From Candidatus Lustribacter sp. (GTDB lineage Bacteria; Vulcanimicrobiota; Vulcanimicrobiia; Vulcanimicrobiales; Vulcanimicrobiaceae): a stretch of DNA of 64,000 nt. The first letter of the stretch is position 1, and the number at the start of each line of letters is the position of its first letter. The notes under the pieces are model-generated. The model searched no databases, was not told where the DNA came from, and saw nothing but the letters and a program-made list of their open reading frames with translations. The DNA lies in NCBI GenBank assembly GCA_965277805.1, contig OZ255842.1:3456001-3520000 (forward strand), read 5' to 3'. Made by a program: the position numbers and the translations under genes. Below, in pieces: positions 1 to 12,100 of this stretch.

Positions 1-511
1 CGTAGTCGTTGAGCTGAGCGGCCGGAATGTTCTTACCGCGCTTGCCGATGACGATCGCCACTTCGCCCTCGTAGTCGAAGTAGTCGGCGCGCGTCGGATA
101 GGGGACCTCGGTTCCCGGTCCCGCGGCTTCATCGAGAACCTTCCAGAAACCCCAGTTTCCGGAGGCGCGGATTTGCCCCGCCATCTTCTCAAGCGTGATG
201 TCTTTCGTTCCGCGATTGACCGCCATGCCGTACGAATGCTCGGCGTAGTTTCCGCCCGCACACGCAACGCGTTTTCCCGCCCACGGTGCGTGCAGCTGCA
301 CGCCGGCAGCCGCCAGCACCTTCGTGCCGTCGACCGCAGCCCCGCGTACTTGCGCCACCGCTTTGGCAATGCGGCCTTTGCCGTCAGCACCGAGTTCGAT
401 CAGCGGCAGCAGCGCCGCCGGCAGCTCAGCATCCGTGGCGTTGAGGTCGACGATGCGTTCCCCATCCAAAACGCCGGCACGGCGCGCGGGTCCGAAAACA
501 ACAATATTCAT
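1..511 (-). CDS. Fumarylacetoacetate hydrolase family protein (3' end runs off window)
   Basis: Not in ORF track. Manual translation from ATG 511 (GGAGAA RBS upstream) gives MNIVVFGPARRAGVLDGERIVDL...RVACAGGNYAEH...YFDYEGEVAIVIGKRGKNI, with the FAH motifs GxNYxxH and DYEGExAxVIGK. Confidence 0.88.
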   Translation of the reverse strand, partial: MNIVVFGPARRAGVLDGERIVDLNATDAELPAALLPLIELGADGKGRIAKAVAQVRGAAVDGTKVLAAAGVQLHAPWAGKRVACAGGNYAEHSYGMAVNRGTKDITLEKMAGQIRASGNWGFWKVLDEAAGPGTEVPYPTRADYFDYEGEVAIVIGKRGKNIPAAQLNDY

Positions 512-553
512 GCCGCCGCTTTCTCCCATCCACTTGCGGGGCCTTTTAGAGCG

Positions 554-1612
554 TTAGTCGGCGAGCGCGCCGATCGTGTGGTAGTGATGCTGCCCGGTCC
601 GCGACGGAAAGCCGCCGCGTACGGCACCGCCGCGTTGATCGCGATAGATGGTCGAGAACTGCGGGCTCAGCGTGCGGCTGTTCGGCACCGAGAGCCACAT
701 GCGTAAGAGATGCCGCCGCCGGTCTTCCTCAGGATAATCCTCGAATGACCGCCGCGAGTGAAAGCACGTGTGATTGCAGAGCAGCTGAATGTCGCCCGGT
801 TCGAACGACATCGACAGATGCACGTCGTCACGCCACGCGAGCTCATCGATGAGATCCATCGCTTCGATCTGACGTTGGGTCAAACGCGGCGCGTCACCGA
901 AGCGCTGGCTGTTCTTCACGTGATTGCGAATGTAGCGACAGGCGAACTTACCGTCGTAGAAGCTGAAGAGCGGCTGCAGGTACCAGCCGGGTTCGCCCGC
1001 TGCCTCTTGCCCCTGCCAACTCCACGGAAAGGGCTCGTACAGCACGTCGAGCAGATCGGGCCGCTGCTCGGCGATCCGGTTGTGGACGTACAGCGAACTG
1101 GCAATCATGCTCGTCCCGCCGCTCATCGCCGTCCGCAGCACCATGAGCCCGACCACGTCGGCGGAATCGGTGTGAAACGACAACTGCTGTTTGCTCTTAT
1201 AGCCGCGGCCTTCGGCGCTACCGACGTCGACCCCGAAATTGCGGACGTCGCCGAGCAAATCGCCGTCTTTGCTTTGCGAAACCGCAGTGCCGAGGTGACG
1301 CCCGATGCCCCAATAGATCAAACGCAGGTCGTCTTTACTGTAGGGTGCCGTCGGCAAACCGCGCAAGACGTAAATGCCGCGCTGATTTTCGATGAACTCG
1401 CGCGCGAACGCGAGCCGTTCGCCGAATGACTGCAGCGGAAATGTCTCACGCGTGAGCGTGTCCAGCGTGGCACCCGCCTCGCGGGCAGTCCGGAACGCAC
1501 GATCGACATCGGCCACGTCGGCAGCGGTCAGGTGATACACCCAGTCGGTGCTTTCGGCTAATTCCGGACCCCGCCAATCAGCGGGCGAATCGATCGAACG
1601 GCGAGTCTGCAC
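554..1612 (-). CDS. TauD/TfdA family Fe(II)/2-oxoglutarate dioxygenase
   Basis: HxD motif (FHTDSAD), distal HSR, RRHLLRMWL. Start moved from 1705 to GTG 1612 behind a GGAAGGAGGG RBS (352 aa). Confidence 0.9.
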   Translation of the reverse strand: MQTRRSIDSPADWRGPELAESTDWVYHLTAADVADVDRAFRTAREAGATLDTLTRETFPLQSFGERLAFAREFIENQRGIYVLRGLPTAPYSKDDLRLIYWGIGRHLGTAVSQSKDGDLLGDVRNFGVDVGSAEGRGYKSKQQLSFHTDSADVVGLMVLRTAMSGGTSMIASSLYVHNRIAEQRPDLLDVLYEPFPWSWQGQEAAGEPGWYLQPLFSFYDGKFACRYIRNHVKNSQRFGDAPRLTQRQIEAMDLIDELAWRDDVHLSMSFEPGDIQLLCNHTCFHSRRSFEDYPEEDRRRHLLRMWLSVPNSRTLSPQFSTIYRDQRGGAVRGGFPSRTGQHHYHTIGALAD

Positions 1613-1665
1613 AGAGACCCTCCTTCCGAGCGGCAACTGCCATTCCCGTCTCGAAGGCTGCGGCG

Positions 1666-2631
1666 ATGCGACGAATCGATTTCTGCCGGCGAGCCGGTAC
1701 CGCACTTGTTGCCGGCGTGGCCGGTGATCCGGCGAGCGTGCTTGCTCAGACAGCCTTGCAGCCGCTGCGGATCGTCACCGCGCCGACCGAGATCCCGATC
1801 AGCATGATCAACGCGCACGATCTGGGTTACTTCAAGGACGCCGGCATCGACGCGCAGATCATCTCGCTCAGCAATGGTCCGGCCGGCATCGCCGCGGTCC
1901 TGTCGGGTTCGGCCGACATCGGCTTCGCGAGTTCGCTCTCGCTCGTGATCGCTTACGACAAAGGCCTGCCCGTGACGCTGGTCATGGGCACTGACCTCCA
2001 CAGCGCAACGAATCCGGTCCAGGGCATTTTTTTGGCCGCCGCGTCCTCGCCGCTGCGCACAGGCAAAGACTTCAACGGCAAGACCATCAGCGTCCCGGGG
2101 CTCGGGGGTACGCAGAACTACGCCGTCCGGTCGTGGGTCGACGCCGGCGGCGGCGATTCGTCGACATTGCGCTTCGTTGAGATTCCCAACTCCTCGGTAC
2201 CGGCAGCGATCACTACCGGGCGTATCGACGCGGGCACGACCGACGCGCTAACGCTGCACTCAACCGAATCGCGCGCGCTGCGCGAAGTTGCCAACGTGTA
2301 CAATGCGATCGCACCGAAATTCCTCACCGGCGTCTGGTATGCGACGGCGCCGTGGGTCGAACAACATCGCGAACTCACGCAAACGTTCATCAAGGTGTTT
2401 CAGCGCTACTCGGCTTGGGCCAATAGCCACCCCGCCGACGAGGTCCGTTTCTATTCGAAACAAAGCGGCCTCTCGATCGACGATCTGCAAGCGACGCCGC
2501 GGGCCGTGTTCGCGCCCACCTTAACGCTCGAATCACTGCAGCCGGTCATCGACGTTGCCTTCCGCTACGGCGCGATCAAGCGCCGGTTTCCGGCCAACGA
2601 CTTACTGAGCCCCGCATCGCGCGCGAGATGA
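1666..2631 (+). CDS. ABC transporter substrate-binding protein (SsuA/NMT1-THI5-like)
   Basis: Tat-like N-terminus (MRRIDFCRR...ALVAG), GYFKDAGID, KDFNGKTI, GRIDAG motifs; 321 aa. Confidence 0.85.
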   Translation: MRRIDFCRRAGTALVAGVAGDPASVLAQTALQPLRIVTAPTEIPISMINAHDLGYFKDAGIDAQIISLSNGPAGIAAVLSGSADIGFASSLSLVIAYDKGLPVTLVMGTDLHSATNPVQGIFLAAASSPLRTGKDFNGKTISVPGLGGTQNYAVRSWVDAGGGDSSTLRFVEIPNSSVPAAITTGRIDAGTTDALTLHSTESRALREVANVYNAIAPKFLTGVWYATAPWVEQHRELTQTFIKVFQRYSAWANSHPADEVRFYSKQSGLSIDDLQATPRAVFAPTLTLESLQPVIDVAFRYGAIKRRFPANDLLSPASRAR

Positions 2632-2660
2632 CAATGCGGCACCTAGGCGAAGCAGTGAAA

Positions 2661-3173
2661 ATGCGATATTTTACGGCATTTTTGGTCTTTTGCGCGGCGC
2701 TGACGCAAGCCGCGACAGCTCAAACCCCTCCGCCCCAGAACGGCGGTCAAATCGCGATTACCGGCTGGCGCGTCGAGTGCGATTCGCAAGCCGCGGGCTT
2801 GAATTGCCGCGTCACGGATCAAGCAGCGCAACAGAGCACGAACGTCGTCGTTGCCGGACTCGGCGTCACGCTGGCCGCCGATACGAAGAAGCCCGTCCTG
2901 ACGATTCAAGTTCCGCTGCAGCTGGCGGTCTCCGATCCGATCACCGTGAGCAGCGATAACATGTCGGAACCGTTTCCCGCGCTGACGTGCGACCGCCCCG
3001 GTTGTTTTGCGCGCGCGCCGATCACCGACGGCTTGCTCGAGAAAATGCGTACGAGCAAACAGCCCCTGAAGATCGCCTACAACCTGATCAATCCCACCAC
3101 GCTGGCGAAACAAACGATCACGGTGTCGCTGCCGCTCGACGGCTTCGCCGCCTCGCTCGACAAAATCAAGTAA
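2661..3173 (+). CDS. ialB: Invasion-associated locus B (IalB) family secreted protein
   Basis: Signal peptide; W-x-V-x-C...C N-terminal motif (WRVECDSQAAGLNC), VPL, CxxxGC (CDRPGC), C-terminal LDGFAASLDKI. Start likely ATG 2661 rather than 2628. Confidence 0.75.
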   Translation: MRYFTAFLVFCAALTQAATAQTPPPQNGGQIAITGWRVECDSQAAGLNCRVTDQAAQQSTNVVVAGLGVTLAADTKKPVLTIQVPLQLAVSDPITVSSDNMSEPFPALTCDRPGCFARAPITDGLLEKMRTSKQPLKIAYNLINPTTLAKQTITVSLPLDGFAASLDKIK

Positions 3174-3175
3174 GC

Positions 3176-6100
3176 TTAGAAGCGCTGTTCCAGGTTGATT
3201 GAGGCCGTGAGGCCTTGCGAGCGCCCGGACACACGGTAGTCGCCGCTCAGGCGAACGTTCATCTGTCCGGGACGCTGGTTGGTCGACAGCGACGGCGCGA
3301 CGTCGAAGGCGGTTTTGTCGAACTTCGACGGCAGCTCGAAGTTCTGCACGCCCGCCGGAGCGCCGATCAGCGATCCGGCGACGGTCGTCTGCGGGTTGCC
3401 CAGCGACTGCGTCATCCCCAGGCGCAGCGACGGCGTGAAGCCGGTGTTGCCGATGCCGGCCCGCGGATCGATGTTGATGCCGGCCTGACCCGCGGTGAAC
3501 GTATCGCCGTGGCCGGCGAGATTTGCGGTTAGGAAGCCGGCGTTGCCGTGTTCCAGATCGTTCATCACATTGATGCGCGTCGCGCTGAGGTCAACGTACG
3601 GCGTGAATGCGGTCGTCGAGCGGTCGTACTCGTGCGCTAACCGCAGATGCGTGCCGATCACGCTCGACTGGAGCCGGCCCAGCGAGACGATCGACGGATC
3701 TGGATAGTTCACGTTGCGCTGCGTACTGTCGTCTTCCCAGCCGTAGGTAACGCCGGCGTTCACCGAGGTGCCGTGCGCCGTGCGGTGTCCGACGAACAAG
3801 CCGCCTTGCAGCAGATCGCCCGACGCCGACGCGACGCCGCCGTTGAGCGTCATCGAGTGCTGTTCGTACTGGATGCCGCCGCCCAGCGACCAGCCGCGGC
3901 CGATCGCCTGTTCGGAACCATAGTTGAACCCGGCCCCGAGCGATCCGACGCCGACGGTATTTGCCGTGACGGATTGGTTGAGCGCGAAGCTATCGAGGCT
4001 GCCCCATTCACACGAGCTCGCGATGTATCCGCAGCTCATCATTCTGTTGGCGAACTGCTGGCTCGAGGTCAGCGTGGTGAATTCGATCGGCGCGAGCGAT
4101 CCGGGACTGATGTGCGAGTACAAGTTCGCCAGCGTCGCACCGTCGGGGATCGCGAAGATCGAGGAGATCAAGTTACCGAACGCGGTGTTGCTGCCGGCGT
4201 TCTGGATGGCGGCAAGATAGTTGCCGAACATCGAGCGGGAGTAGCCGAGCGAGTCGCCGTCGAGGCCGAAGTTCGGCGAGTAGTTGATCGTCCACGTCAG
4301 GCGCAGATCGGTGTTGTTCACGGTGCTGAGCGCGTAGGTTGCGATCGCCGACACCGGCGCGTTCAGAACCACGTTCGGCGCGGTGAGGCCGCCTTGCGCC
4401 GTGACGATATCAAACTTGTACGTGCCCGGCAGCGCGGTCGGAATGTTCAGCAGCGTCAAGTCGATGTTGCCGCCGATTGAGGCGACCGCGTTCAGGTTGA
4501 GCTGGTCGGCGATCTTGTGGCTGAGGTCGAGATCGACGAGGCTGTCGCCGCCGAATTGCACGAAGCTGCCGGTCAGCGTCGTCACGCCGACGTTGCTCGT
4601 GCCGCCGACCGAGAACTGACCGAGGTTCGTGAACGTGCCGGTGCCCAGACCCAAGGTCGTGCCGGCAACGTAGCCCTTTGTGTTGGTGAGATCGCTCTTG
4701 CCCGTCCCGAGCGCGAGCGAACCGACGAGATAGCCGTTGTTCTGGATCGTGTTGTTGCCGTCGGTATCGGAGACGGCGGTGCCGTTCAGTCCGTCGGAGG
4801 TCATGATCGTGCCGTCGTTGATCAGCATGTTGTTCGCGCCGCCGACGAGCCGCACACCGACCGCACCCGGGCCGGCTTGAATCGTCGTGCCGTCGGTGAT
4901 CGTCACCGTGACGTTGCCGCTGTTGCTGGTTGCACTCGCGTCTTGCGGCGTTACCGTCGTGTTGTTGATGCCCACGCGCGAGCCTTGCACGGTGCGCACG
5001 TTGGTCGCGACCGATTGCGTGGCGGCGACCGTACCGCCGGTGCTCTGCGCGACGACGCCGTCCGAACCGGTGCCGAGCGCGACGACCGAACCGATCACGG
5101 TGACGTTGACGTTGCCGCCCTTGCCCTGACCGCCGACCGATTGCGCGAAGATGCCGTCGGCGTTCGCACCGCTCGTCGTGATGTTTCCGGTCTCGACGAC
5201 GTTCACGTCGCCGCCGGCGCCCGCCGCACCGGCGCTGCCCGCGAGTGCCAGCGCAGCAACTGCGGACGTCGCGGTCAAACTGTTGCCGCTGCTGCCCGCT
5301 ACGCCGCCGCCTCCGCCGATCGATTGCGCAAAGATGCCTTCCGCGCCCGCGCCCGCGGTAACGATGTCGCCGGTGTTGTTGACCGTGACTTTGCCGCCGT
5401 TGCCGCCGCCGCCGCCGGTGTTGCCGACCGCGATGCCCGAACCGAGGTCGAGCTTGCCGAGACCGCGATTGATGTTGCCGGCCGCACCGCCGCCGCCGCC
5501 GATCGATTGCGCAAACACGCCGTAGCCTGCGGCGCCGCCGGTCGTGATCATGCCGGTGTTCGTCACGGCCACGTCGCCGCCGTTGCCGGACGAGCCGCCG
5601 CTGCCGCCGATACCGATGCCGCCCTTGACGCCGGTCGAACCGGCACCGCCGACACCGCCGCCGCCGCCGACCGACTGCGCGAAGATCGCTTGCGCACCGT
5701 CGCCGGTCGCGAAGAGCGCACCGCTGTTGGTCACGTTGACGTCGGCGCCGTTACCGCTGCTGCCGCCGCTGCCGCCGACGTTGAGCTGCAAGTTCTGATA
5801 CACGCTCTGCTGTACGGATTGCGTTGCCGGCGCGGGCGTCGTTGCAGCTTCCGTTTGCGCACCGCCGACCGTTTGTTCGCTGCGGCGCGAACCATCCGAC
5901 GACGGCACACTGACGCCCGTGATGCCCACGAGCGCGTTGAGTGCCGGGCCGATCAAACCGTTGTTGCCGTCGCCACCGGTGCCGCCGCCGCCACCGACCG
6001 ATTGCGCGAAGATGTCGGCCGCGTCGCCGCCGCTCGTCGAGATCTGGCCGCCGTTGGTGACGGTGACCGCGCCGCCGTTGCTCGCGCCGGCACCGCTGCC

Positions 6101-9100
6101 GCCGATCGATGCAGCGAGATTCCAATTCTGCGTACCGCACGTCGTACTGCCCGCATCGCACTTCTTCGCATCGCTCAGTTGCGTGAACGCGCGCGAGCCG
6201 CCGCCGTTGCCGCCGCCGCCGCCGATCGATTGCGCGAAGATGCCCATCGCGCCGTCGCCGATCGTGACGATCTGACCGGTGTCGTGCGTGACCGTAACGG
6301 TGCCGCCGTCGTTGCCGGTGCCGCCGCCGCCGCCGACCGCCATCGCAACGCTGACGTTTGCGCCGCCTTTGTCGGTGTTGCGCAGCGACGAGCCGGCGAA
6401 CGAGAAACCGCCGTTGCCGCCGCCGCCGCCGATCGATTGCGCGAAGATGCCGTGCGCTTCGGCGCCGATCGTCAACACGTTGCCGTCGGCGTTGACGGCG
6501 ACGTTGCCGCCGGTGCCGCCGGCGCCGCCCGAACCGCCGACCGAGACGCCGATCTCAGCCTGTGCTTTGTTGCTGCCCGAACCCGCGCCGGCCGCGAACG
6601 ACATGCCGCCGTTACCGCCGCCGCCGCCGATCGATGTCGCCTCGATGCCGTACGACTTCGTGCCGGTGATGACGTCGGTCGTGGGATCGTAGCTGCCGGT
6701 GAGAACATCGCCGCTGTTGTTCACGGTCACGTCGCCGCCGTTGCCGGCGCCGCCGCCCGAACCGCCGAGCGCGACCGACATGTTCATGCCGCTGATGCCC
6801 GCCGCCACCGACAAACCGCCGCGACCGCCGCCGCCGCCGACCGACTCCGCATCGATGCCGGCCGCGTTGTCGCCGACCGTCGACACGGCGCCGGTGTTGT
6901 TCACGTTGACGTTGCCGGCGTTGTTGCCGGTGCCGCCGCTGCCGCCGAGGCTCAGCGAGAGATTCTTGTTCGCGGCATTGTTCGAAACGTCGGCCGTTAC
7001 CGAAACGCCGCCGTTGCCGCCGCCGCCGCCGATCGATTCCGCGTTGATGCCTTCGGCGTTATCCGTGTTGGTGATGACGTTGCCGGTATTCGTGACGTTG
7101 ACGTTGCCGCCGACGCCGCCGGTGCCGCCCGTTCCGCCGAGCGCAACCGAAACGTTCACCGCGCCCATCGTCGGCCCGATCGCGACGCCCAGCGCGAAGC
7201 CGGCGTCGCCGCCGCCGCCGCCGAGCGATTGCGCATAGATACCGGTCGACGCCGCGCCGCTGGTATAGACTTCGCCGTCGTTCTGCACGGTGACGTCGCC
7301 CGCCGCACCGCCGGTGCCGCCCGTTCCGCCGAGCGCAACCGCGACGTGCTTCGTGTCGGTGCCGGTGCCGGCAGCAAGCGTCGCCGCAAAACCGCCGGTA
7401 CCGCCGCCGCCGCCGACCGATTGCGCGTCGATGCCGTACGCGCCGTCACCAGAGGTCGAGATACCTCCGGTATCGTGGGTGACCGTCACGTCACCGCCGG
7501 TGTTGCCGGTGCCGCCCGAACCGCCGAGCGAGAGCGCGACCGTGTTCACGTCGGTCGTCGTCTTCGCGACCGAACCCGAGACGCTGCCGCCGCCGTTGCC
7601 GCCGCCGCCGCCGATCGACTGCGCGAAGATCGCGTGCGCGCCGTTGCCGCTGGTGACGACGTTGCCGCTGTCGTCGACGTTCACGTCGCCGCCGGTGCCG
7701 CCCGCAGCGCCGGTGCCGCCGACCGAAATCGCGACTTCCGCTTTCGCATCCGTGCTCGAACCGGCGTCGGCCGAAATTGCGAGGCCGCCGTTACCGCCGC
7801 CGCCGCCGAGCGATTCCGCGAAGATGCCGTACGAATTCGTGCCGGTGCCGTTCGTTGCATCACCGGTACCGACATCGCCCGTGTTGGTCACGCTGACGTT
7901 GCCGGCGTTGCCCGCATCGCCGCCGCTGCCGCCGAGGCCGAGCGCGATGTTCATGCCGCCGAGCGCACCCGACACCGCAAGCCCGCCGTTGCCGCCGCCG
8001 CCGCCTTGCGATTGCGCGGAGATGCCGATCGCGTTGTCGCCCGTCGTCACGACCGTACCGCTGTTGGTCACGGTGACGCCGGATGCATCGTTGCCGGTGC
8101 CGCCGCTGCCGCCGAGGCTGAGCGCGAGTTGCTTCGCGGTTTGCGAGGTCGAAATGCCGGCCGCAACCGCGAAGCCGCCGTTACCGCCGCCGCCGCCGAG
8201 CGACTGCGCGAAGATGCCGGTCGAATTATCCGTTGACGTCGAGACGATCCCGGTGTTGTTTACGGTGACGGTGCCGGCGCTGCCGCCGCTGCCGCCGTTG
8301 CCGCCGAACGACATCGATGCGTTCGTCGCGCCCGCGCCGTTGCTGAGATCCACGGCTAGTGCGAAGCCGCCGTCGCCGCCGCCGCCGCCCTGCGACTCGG
8401 CCACGATGCCGTTCGCCGCAGAACCGGTGGTCACGACGTTGCTCGTGTTCGAAACGCTGACGTTGCCGGCCGCGCCGCCGTCGCCGCCGGTGCCGCCGAT
8501 GTCGATCGCAACGTGCTTCGTGCTCGCACCGGTGCCGGCCGCGAGCGTGCCGCTGAAACCGCCGGTGCCGCCGCCGCCGCCGAGCGACTGCGCGTAGATG
8601 CCGTTCGCACCTTGACCGAGCGTGTCGATATCGCCGGTGTCGTGCGTGACCGTGACGTTGCCGGAATTCGTGCCGGCACCGCCGCCGCCGCCGAGCGCGA
8701 TGTCGAGCGCGTTGGCGTTCGACGTTCCGGCCGACGCGGCGAATCCGGCGCCGCCGTTACCGCCGCCGCCGCCGACCGACTGTGCGAAGATGCCGTGCGC
8801 GTCGGTGCCGTTGGTGATGATCACGCCGCTGTCGGCGACGGTGACGTCACCGCCGGTGCCCGCTGCGCCGCCGCTGCCGCCGATCGACAAACCGATTTGC
8901 GCGCTGCCGTTACCGGCGTCGGCGCCGATCGAGAGCCCGCCGTTGCCGCCGCCGCCGCCGAGCGATTGCGCGAACACGCCGTACGAGTTCGTGCCGCTGT
9001 TGGCCGTCGCGTTACCGGTCTCGATGTTGCCGGCGTTCGAGACGTTCACGTTGCCCGCGTTGCCCGCACCGGCACCGCTGCCGCCGAGTGCGAGGTTGAT

Positions 9101-12100
9101 GTTCGAACCGACGAGCGAACCCGAGATCGCCATGCCGCCGTTACCGCCGCCGCCGCCGAGCGACTCGGCCGCAATGGCCGCCGCAGCGTTGCCGGTGGTG
9201 ACGATCGTGCCGGCGTTCGTGACGCCAACCGTGCCCGCGTCGTTGCCGGTGCCGCCCGCGCCGCCGATGCTGACGCCGAGCTGCTTCGACGATGCCGCCG
9301 CGGTGATGTCCGCTGCAACCGAGAAGCCGCCGTTGCCGCCGCCGCCGCCGATCGATTCGGCCAGCACGCCGAGCGCGTTGTCGCCGGTCGTTGAAATCGT
9401 GCCGCTGTTCGTCACGTTGACGTCGCCGGCGGTACCGGCGCTACCGCCTTTGCCGCCGAGCGCGAGCGAAACGTTCGTCGAGCCGCTCGACGTGCCGAGA
9501 GCCATCGCGAGACCGAAGCCTGCGTTACCGCCGCCGCCGCCGATCGATTCCGCATCGACGCCGGTCGCCGCTTGTCCGGTGGTCACGATGTTGCCGGTAT
9601 TGCCGACCGTGACGTTGCCCGATGCGCTGCCGCTGCCGCCGGCGCCGCCGACGGTGATCGCGACGTTCTTCGCATCGGCGCCGGTGCCCGCAGCGAGCGT
9701 GCCGCTGAAGCCGCCGTTACCGCCGCCGCCACCGATCGATTGCGCGAGCACGCCTTCCGCGCCTTGACCGCTCGTCGCGATGTCGCCGCCGTGCGTCACG
9801 CTGACGTTGCCGCTGGTGTTGCCCGCGCCGCCGCCGCCGCCGATCGCAATCGTCAGCGCGATGTTCGCACCGCCGAGCGATGCATCGCCGGCGAACGACA
9901 TGCCGCCGTTGCCGCCGCCGCCGCCGAGCGATTGCGCGAAGATCGCGTGCGCGCCGGCGCCGGACGTCACGATCGTGCCGTTGTCGGTAACGCCGACGTC
10001 GCCGGCCGTGCCGCCGCCGCCCGCCGCGCCGCCGAGCGCGAGCGATGCTTGCACTTGATCGCTGCCGGCCGATGCCGCACCGGAGAACGATGCGCCGCCG
10101 TTACCGCCGCCGCCGCCGAGCGACTCGGCGAAGATGCCGTACGAATCGAGACCGGTGCCGTTCGCTGCATTGCCGGTGCCGATGTCGCCGGTGTTGTTCA
10201 CCGTGACCGCGCCCGCGTTGCCCGCATCGCCGCCGCTGCCGCCGAACGCGAGCGTGAGGTTCATGCCGCCGAGCGCGCCCGCGATCGCCATGCCGCCGCG
10301 ACCGCCGCCGCCGCCGATCGATTCCGCATCGATCGCCGCCGCGTTGTCGCCTTGCGTCACGATCGTGCCGCTGTTCGTTACGCCGACCGTACCGGAATCG
10401 TTGCCGGTGCCGCCGCTGCCGCCGAACGCGAGCGAAAGTTGACGCGCGCTCGTGACGACCGATGCATCGGCCGCGATCGACATGCCGCCGTCGCCGCCGC
10501 CGCCGCCGATCGACTGCGCGAGAATGCCGAGCGCGTTGTTGCCTTGCGTCGAGATGCCGCCGGTGTTGTTCACGCTGACGTTACCCGACGTGCCGCCGCC
10601 GCCGCCGCTGCCGCCGAATGCGAACGAAAGATTCGTCGAGCCCGACGACGGACCGATCGACGCCGCCAACCCGAAGCCGCCGTCACCGCCGCCGCCGCCG
10701 AGCGAAAGCGCATCGACGCCGGTGGCGGCGCTGCCGGTGGTGATGATGTCGCCGGTGTTCGTGACGCTGACGTCGCTCGACGCGCTGCCCGCACCGCCGG
10801 CGCCGCCGAACGTTGCGCTGATCGATTTCGATTCCGCACCGGTACCGGCCGCAAGCGCGCCGCTGAAGCCGCCGTTACCGCCGCCGCCTCCGATCGACTC
10901 CGCATCGATGCCGTACGCGCCGTCACCCGACGTTTGAATTCCACCTTGATGCAACACGGTGACCGTGCCGCTGGTATTGCCCGCGCCGCCGCTGCCGCCG
11001 AACGCGAGCGTCATCGTCGTATTCGCGCCGCCGGCACTGCCCGCGAGCAGCGAACCGGCGAACGTGAAGCCGCCGTTACCGCCGCCGCCGCCGAGCGATT
11101 GCGCGAAGATGCCGTGCGCCCCATCGCCGCTCGTCACGATGTTGCCGTTGTCGTTGACGTCGACGTTGCCCGCAGTGCCTGCGCCGCCGCCGGTGCCGCC
11201 GAGCGCGACGCTGATTTCCGCCGACGCATCGGAACCGGCGCCGGCCGATCCGGAGAACGCCATGCCGCCGTTACCGCCGCCACCGCCGAGCGACTGCGCG
11301 AAGATGCCGTACGACTGCGTGCCGCTCGTCGTGCTGCCGGTGCCGATGTCGCCGGTGTTCGTTACCGAAACGTTGCCGGCGTTACCCGCATCGCCGCCGC
11401 TGCCGCCGAGCGCAATGGTGAGATTCGTTCCGCCGATCGCGCCCGAAATCGCCATGCCGCCGTCGCCGCCGCCGCCGCCGAGCGATTCCGCATCGATGCC
11501 GCTCGCGGTGTTGCCCACGGTAACGATCGTGCCGGTGTTGGTGACGGAAACGTTGCCCGCGTCGTTGCCGCTGCCGCCGTTGCCGCCGAGCGTCACGCCG
11601 AGTTGTTTGCCGGTCGGCGAAACGCTGATCGCCGCGGAGATCGCCATGCCGCCGGTGCCGCCGCCGCCGCCGATCGATTGCGCTTGAATGCCGTTCGCGT
11701 TATCGCCGTACGTCGAAAGCGTGCCGGTGTTCGTGACGCCGACATCGCCGGCCGTGCCGCCGGTTCCGCCGCTGCCGCCGAGCGCAACCGACAGATCCGT
11801 TGCGCCGGTCGACACGCCGAGTTGCGCGCTGATGCCGTAACCGCCGTCGCCGCCGCCGCCGCCGATCGATTGTGCGACGATCGCCGATGCTGCGAGACCG
11901 TTCGTGTAGACTTGTCCGTCGTTGTTGACGGTGACGTCGCCGGATGCCGCACCGCTGCCGCCGCTGCCGCCGACGCTGATGCCGATGTTCTTCGCATCCG
12001 CACCCGCCGACGCTGCGAGCGTGCCGGAAAGCCCGCCGGTGCCGCCGCCGCCGCCGATCGATTGCGCGAGAATGCCGATCGCTTGATCGCCGGTCGTCGA

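Noticed and set aside
173-706. Plus-strand ORFs 173..706 and 324..557
   Set aside because: Antisense to the FAH-family and TauD genes, which carry clear motifs
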